The notes under the pieces: generated by a model | Database searches by the model: none | The model's input: only the letters and a program-made list of their open reading frames with translations | What the model was told of the DNA's origin: nothing | In this document: in pieces, positions 59,782 to 64,000 of the stretch | Numbering within the stretch: the stretch's first letter is position 1 | How the letters are laid out: every line of letters starts with the position of its first letter | Position numbers and translations under genes: made by a program | Assembly: GCA_946614445.1 (NCBI GenBank) | Contig: CAMOGY010000003.1 | Location: forward strand, 9,950-73,949 | Direction of reading: 5' to 3' | Source: an uncultured Ruminococcus sp. | GTDB taxonomy: Bacteria; Bacillota; Clostridia; Oscillospirales; Ruminococcaceae | DNA: 64,000 nucleotides

Positions 59782-59930
59782 ATCCTTCTGAAAAGAATTA
59801 TTTTTCAACTCTTTTCTAAACTCTCAGTCATTTTCGGTGCTTGGGCTTATATGCCCAAGTATCGAAAATAATTAAAAGTTTTAGGAGATGGGTTTGGGAA
59901 GTAACCCTTTTTCAAAAGGGGTCTTCCCAA
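59782..59930 (+). repeat. Family-3 two-hairpin intergenic element, copy C2 (just upstream of gyrB)
   Basis: Hairpin A at 59830-59869, core TTAAAAGTTTTAGGA at 59872-59886, hairpin B at 59896-59928. Confidence 0.7.
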
Positions 59931-59934
59931 CAGT

Positions 59935-60195
59935 TTATTGAGAATACTTCCTGTGTCTTTTCAGCAGGGTGGAGCAGGCAAGCTGTGAGATATAGACTGT
60001 TTCAGTCAGGTCTTTATCAAGGCACACAACAAAGCTCTTTGGCATTTCATAAGAGCAGGTGACTACCCTTGCATTTTTTGAAGCGCCTGCAAGGAACTGC
60101 TTTGTTATCTGCGAGACCGACGTTCTTTCTATATCAAATATGCCGATAATATCCTTATCGTTTACCACATAGTCGTTTCCGAGATGAAGATACAT
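59935..60195 (-). CDS. remB: DUF370 protein (RemB/YaaB-like)
   Basis: 86 aa, MYLHLGNDYVV...IIGIFD, in the conserved slot between recF and gyrB. Confidence 0.8.
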   Translation of the reverse strand: MYLHLGNDYVVNDKDIIGIFDIERTSVSQITKQFLAGASKNARVVTCSYEMPKSFVVCLDKDLTETVYISQLACSTLLKRHRKYSQ

Positions 60196-60198
60196 CGC

Positions 60199-61338
60199 TT
60201 ACCTTTCCCTTCGTTTCTGCTTCTTTATTTTTCCGCCCTCGATGATGAACATTTTTCCGTGCTGATCCCTGCCAAACGGGATATTGCTGTCGCAGCAGGT
60301 GATAAATACCTGCATACCGTCTATTTTTGAAAGCACGAACTTCTGCCTGTTCTCATCAAGCTCGCTCAGAACGTCATCAAGCAGGATACACGGCGGATCT
60401 CCGCTTTCCTGCGCAAGGATATAAGCCTGGGCAAGTTTAAGGACAAGGCACATACTTCTGTGCTGTCCCTGCGAAGCGTAATCTCTGCACATAAGCCCGT
60501 TGATGCGTGTGATTATATCATCTCTGTGGACACCCTTCATGGTAAAGCCCGAACGGATATCCTCATCGGTATTTGCTTTTAGCACGCTCATATACTCCTG
60601 TGCAAGATCGCCTGCATAATCCTTTCTTCCCTCAAGGCTTGAAAAGACGGTGGAATAATACTCGACCGATGATCTTTCCTTTCCCTGAGAGATCTCATTA
60701 TACAGCTTTGCTGTGAAAGCATCGAGCTTTCTTGTGTAGTTATATCTTAAAAGCGATATATACGAGCCAAGCTGTGCCAGCTGGATATCCCAGCTTTCAA
60801 GCTCCTCTTTTGAGCTTTTGCCAAGTGAGATATTTTTGAGCAGTGCATTTCTGTGCTCGATTATCCTGTCATACTTGGCGCAGACATTTGCGTAATTGTT
60901 CTTTATCTGGCTGACGCACAGGTCGAGAAACTGTCTTCTGTTATCGGGAGAGCCTTTTGATATTTCAAGGTCCTCGGGCGTGAAGATGACACAATCGAGC
61001 TGTCCGAACAGCTTTGAGGGAGTTCTCACCTTAACGCCGTTGAGATACAAGCCTTTATCACGGAGATTATTTCTCTCCATTGCATATCTCACGGTCTGTT
61101 TTCTGAACTTATCCTCAAATTCAACACGGATATCCATTATATCCCTGCCGATAGCTATCATGCTTTTATCCTTGCTGTTCCTGAAAGAGCGCACGCCTGT
61201 ACACAGCCACAGGGCTTCGATGAGATTTGTTTTGCCCTGAGCGTTCCTTCCGCAGAAGATATTGAGTTTTTCATGCGGTATTATATCGACGCTTTTCAGA
61301 TTTTTGAAGCCGTCGGCATATATTCGGGTTATATACAT
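60199..61338 (-). CDS. recF: DNA replication and repair protein RecF
   Basis: 379 aa with Walker A GRNAQGKTN and an SMC-like signature. Confidence 0.95.
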   Translation of the reverse strand: MYITRIYADGFKNLKSVDIIPHEKLNIFCGRNAQGKTNLIEALWLCTGVRSFRNSKDKSMIAIGRDIMDIRVEFEDKFRKQTVRYAMERNNLRDKGLYLNGVKVRTPSKLFGQLDCVIFTPEDLEISKGSPDNRRQFLDLCVSQIKNNYANVCAKYDRIIEHRNALLKNISLGKSSKEELESWDIQLAQLGSYISLLRYNYTRKLDAFTAKLYNEISQGKERSSVEYYSTVFSSLEGRKDYAGDLAQEYMSVLKANTDEDIRSGFTMKGVHRDDIITRINGLMCRDYASQGQHRSMCLVLKLAQAYILAQESGDPPCILLDDVLSELDENRQKFVLSKIDGMQVFITCCDSNIPFGRDQHGKMFIIEGGKIKKQKRRER

Positions 61339-61342
61339 AATT

Positions 61343-61564
61343 TTATTTCACAACGACTATCTCTGTATCAAGCTCATCTATCTGCACCTTATCGCCGGGC
61401 CTTATTTTTTTGCCCCTCATCGTGCAGACCTCTCCGCCGACCTTTATTCTTCCCTCGGCGATTATCTCCTTAGCGATACCGCCCGTATCGGTCATTCCTG
61501 CAAATTTCAGCAGCTGGTCGAGCTTGATGAACTCGGTCTTTATTTTTATTTCGGCAGTTTTCAT
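61343..61564 (-). CDS. yaaA: S4-domain RNA-binding protein YaaA
   Basis: 73 aa in the conserved dnaN-yaaA-recF position. Confidence 0.85.
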   Translation of the reverse strand: MKTAEIKIKTEFIKLDQLLKFAGMTDTGGIAKEIIAEGRIKVGGEVCTMRGKKIRPGDKVQIDELDTEIVVVK

Positions 61565-61569
61565 AATTA

Positions 61570-62679
61570 TTAGTCCTTAGGCAGTCTTACGGGGAGAACA
61601 AGGTAGGTATAATTATCCTTATCCTCGCAGGAAACTATTTTCATCGGCAGCAGACTTCCGTTCATCTGCAGCTTTACTCTGTCATCGTCGATGACCTTGA
61701 GCGGATCAAGGAGATACTTGCACTTAAAGCCTATCTCGATAACGGGACCTGTCATTGAAGCGGAGATCTCATCGGAAATTTTTCCTATTGAGGTCTTGCA
61801 GTTGATTTTGAGGTTATTGTTCTCAAAGTAGCATTTAACAGGTGAAGGTGCTCTGTCATTGATGATGAGCATAGTTCTTTCAAGCGTAGCTATGAGCTGT
61901 TTTCTGTCCACGATCACTTCGGTCTTGCTTTCTGTCGGGATAGCCGACTTATACGGGTGGAACTCACCTTCAAGCAGCCTTGAATACACCATATAGCCGC
62001 TTATGTTGAAAATTATATGTTTAAGTGTAGGGCAAAGCTCTGCTGTTTCATCGGGATCGTCCCCGAGAAGCTCGGTTATTTTAGAAAGGGTAGAAGCAGG
62101 AACGACGAATTTTTTAACGCCGTCATATTTGATAGGTTCGCTTCTTACCGCAAGTCTGTAACCGTCGATAGCTGCAAGCACCAGCTTATTGTCCTCTATC
62201 TCAAAAAGCTCGCCTTTGAGTATAGGCTTCATATCCGTAGTTGCAACAGCAAAAACGGACTGCTCTATCATATTTTTGAGCACGCTCTGAGGTATTTTTA
62301 TACTTTCATCGGAATTTATCAGCGGAAGCTCGGGGTATTCATCGGCATTGGCAGCGATAAGGTTAAATGTGGTCACGCCGCTTGAAAGAGTTACCTGATA
62401 GCTTCCCGAGACCTCTATCATAACGATATCCTCGGGCATTTTTCTGAGCATATTTGAAAACAGTCCTGCATCTATAATACACTGGCCGTAATCCGAGCTT
62501 TCAACGCTGATAACTGTTCTTATGCCTATCTCCATATTATATCCTGTAAGCTCAAGCTCGGTTTTGTTCAGAGAAAGTCTCATTCCCGCAAGTGCAGGAA
62601 AGGGTGCTCGCTCGGTTATAGCTTTGGAAACATTATTGACAGCATCAATAAGAGTTTTTTTCTCGCAGGTAAATTTCAT
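61570..62679 (-). CDS. dnaN: DNA polymerase III beta sliding clamp
   Basis: 369 aa, [20 protein letters not shown]..., three-domain clamp. Confidence 0.95.
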   Translation of the reverse strand: MKFTCEKKTLIDAVNNVSKAITERAPFPALAGMRLSLNKTELELTGYNMEIGIRTVISVESSDYGQCIIDAGLFSNMLRKMPEDIVMIEVSGSYQVTLSSGVTTFNLIAANADEYPELPLINSDESIKIPQSVLKNMIEQSVFAVATTDMKPILKGELFEIEDNKLVLAAIDGYRLAVRSEPIKYDGVKKFVVPASTLSKITELLGDDPDETAELCPTLKHIIFNISGYMVYSRLLEGEFHPYKSAIPTESKTEVIVDRKQLIATLERTMLIINDRAPSPVKCYFENNNLKINCKTSIGKISDEISASMTGPVIEIGFKCKYLLDPLKVIDDDRVKLQMNGSLLPMKIVSCEDKDNYTYLVLPVRLPKD

Positions 62680-63111
62680 TATCTTATGCTCCTTTTCAAC
62701 TCGTGCTTATTTTCACGAGGTAATTGTGTGTGGTTTATATAAATAAATATCTTTTATTTATTCAGTATTAGTATTAGAGGCGTTGAAAGTGTTGGAAGAT
62801 AGGTGAAAGCATTTTGTAAAGGGATTTGGGAGATGTGGGAAATGCGGGCGTAAAATGTTGAAAAAAAGTTGGAAAAACCGAAAGTGTAAAACGGTGTTGG
62901 AAATGTTGAAAAAGGGTGTGTTGAGTTTTAAAAACGTTGTTAAAAATCGTGACGGAAAATGTAAGTTTCTGTCTGCTTTTAAACTTTTATCAGAGGTGAG
63001 CGGATGTTAAAAATGTTTGCTCATCTTTCACCCTGCTTACACAAAAGGCTTTGCGGTAAGGGATAAATGTTGAAAAGTGTGTTGAAAAAGTTTAAAAGTC
63101 CATATTTTATC
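62680..63111. other. dnaA-dnaN intergenic replication-origin region (oriC part) with AT-rich unwinding candidate and 9-mer array
   Basis: Conserved oriC location in Firmicutes. AT-rich tract at 62736-62778. At least 10 same-orientation TGTTGRAAA-type 9-mers between 62781 and 63088. Only 7/9 matches to TGTGGATAA (62729-62737, 62834-62842). Confidence 0.6.
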
Positions 63112-64000
63112 TCAGTTATCCCTGAGATTTTTGATTATATCATCAACATTATCCTTGAGAGGTTTGTTTGTGTTGAGCAGCTTTTCAGTTTCGTTGAAGT
63201 GGATAGTCATAGTGGAATGATTCTTATTGAGCGCATCGCCTATCTGGGTAAAAGTCATGCCTTTTACATTTTTCATAATGTATATAGCGACCTTTCTTGC
63301 AAGCGATACCTTAGCTTGTCTGCTCTTGGAAAGGATATCCTCCGGTGTCACGTCAAAGGCTTCGGCAACATCGCTGATTATTCTTTCAACGGTTATTTCC
63401 GCAGGATGATCCTCTATCATTATCTCTTTGATGACTCTCTGCGCCATTGAGATGGTAGGCTGTTCATTGGTATATATGGTGAGGGCTTTGATCTTTTTGA
63501 TAGTTCCCTCTATCTGACGCACATTGCTCTTTATCTTTTCGGCGATAACTCTTGTAACGCTTTCGGAAAGATGAAGATCAAGTCTTTCAGCCTTGCTTTT
63601 GATGATAGCCATTCTTGTTTCAAGATCAGGCGGTGTGATATCCACCTGCATACCGTCGATAAGTCTTGACTGTATCCTGTCATGCAGCTTGGATATTTTT
63701 GAAGGCTGTATATCGCAGGTGAGAACGATCTGCTTGCCTGCATTGTAAAGGTCGTTGAAGGTATGGAAAAACTCCTCCTGCATCCTTTCCTTTCCTGCAA
63801 TGGTCTGTATATCGTCTACCAGCAGATAATCTGCATTTCTGTACTTATCGTGGAAGCTGACGGTATTTTTGGTTTCAAGTGCCTTTACAAGCTCGTTTAT
63901 AAAGCTCTCGCCCGTTGTATAAACTATCTTCAGCTCGGGATTGTTCTTTTTAACATCATACTCGATAGCTTTCATCAGGTGCGTTTTGCCAAGCCCCGAA
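63112..64000 (-). CDS. dnaA: Chromosomal replication initiator DnaA, N-terminus beyond window edge
   Basis: AAA+ domain (Walker A GLGKTHL at the window edge) and C-terminal DNA-binding domain (...FTQIGDALNKNHSTM). The frame stays open to position 64000. Confidence 0.95.
   Translation of the reverse strand, partial: SGLGKTHLMKAIEYDVKKNNPELKIVYTTGESFINELVKALETKNTVSFHDKYRNADYLLVDDIQTIAGKERMQEEFFHTFNDLYNAGKQIVLTCDIQPSKISKLHDRIQSRLIDGMQVDITPPDLETRMAIIKSKAERLDLHLSESVTRVIAEKIKSNVRQIEGTIKKIKALTIYTNEQPTISMAQRVIKEIMIEDHPAEITVERIISDVAEAFDVTPEDILSKSRQAKVSLARKVAIYIMKNVKGMTFTQIGDALNKNHSTMTIHFNETEKLLNTNKPLKDNVDDIIKNLRDN

Noticed and set aside
59872-59886. GTTTTAG-containing core motif as a possible CRISPR repeat or tracrRNA-like sequence
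   Set aside because: There are only three dispersed copies, each embedded in a larger ~150-bp repeat. No repeat-spacer periodicity and no cas genes are present.
59841-60062. 73-aa plus-strand ORF starting in the family-3 repeat (AGGAG-ATG inside the element)
   Set aside because: The start codon is not conserved in the other two repeat copies, and the ORF runs antisense through remB.

Overview
This window is an origin-proximal, mostly housekeeping stretch of a Firmicutes/Clostridia chromosome. It looks Oscillospiraceae/Ruminococcus-like, based on YabP/YabQ sporulation genes, Rnf, a V-type ATPase, type III glutamine synthetase and a GH130 phosphorylase; that taxon call is inference only. Coding density is high.

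Gene content, left to right:
- A V-type ATPase operon (C-I-K-F-E-A-B-D).
- A DUF308 membrane protein and glnN (GS type III).
- An XRE-apbE-rnfCDGEAB operon on the minus strand.
- Four small metabolic or membrane genes.
- soj/spo0J plus a divergently oriented second ParB/Noc-like paralogue, with three perfect parS sites.
- A CAP-domain secreted protein, a NUDIX hydrolase and a YfhO-family membrane protein.
- mnmE-mnmG-rsmG-tatD, a GtrB/CsbB-like GT2, an SseB-like protein and cardiolipin synthase.
- A zinc-ribbon surface protein, a DUF4363/DUF421 pair and GH130.
- yabP-yabQ-divIC-yabR, serC-serA, rqcH and nif3.
- The canonical dnaA-dnaN-yaaA-recF-remB-gyrB-(extra gene)-gyrA block, with an oriC-type dnaA-dnaN spacer.

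I found no rRNA or tRNA genes, no CRISPR array, no transposase, integrase or phage genes, and no recognisable defence or toxin-antitoxin genes. I do not see a convincing novel protein-coding system.

The unusual content is non-coding. Three families of structured intergenic repeats occur 2 to 6 times in this window:
- Family 1 is a ~150-bp element. It is always bracketed by a duplicated copy of the local terminator hairpin and is present as a three-unit tandem array downstream of parB. Each tandem unit has an extended -10 box and an intrinsic terminator, so these are candidate multicopy sRNA genes or a terminator-targeting MITE.
- Family 2 is a ~245-nt multi-hairpin element. Clear compensatory substitutions separate its two copies, and both copies sit inside operons.
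- Family 3 is a ~150-bp two-hairpin element whose copies bracket gyrB.

The dnaA-dnaN spacer carries an array of a non-canonical 9-mer instead of perfect DnaA boxes. All product calls rest on my own reading of the translated ORFs. No database search was run.
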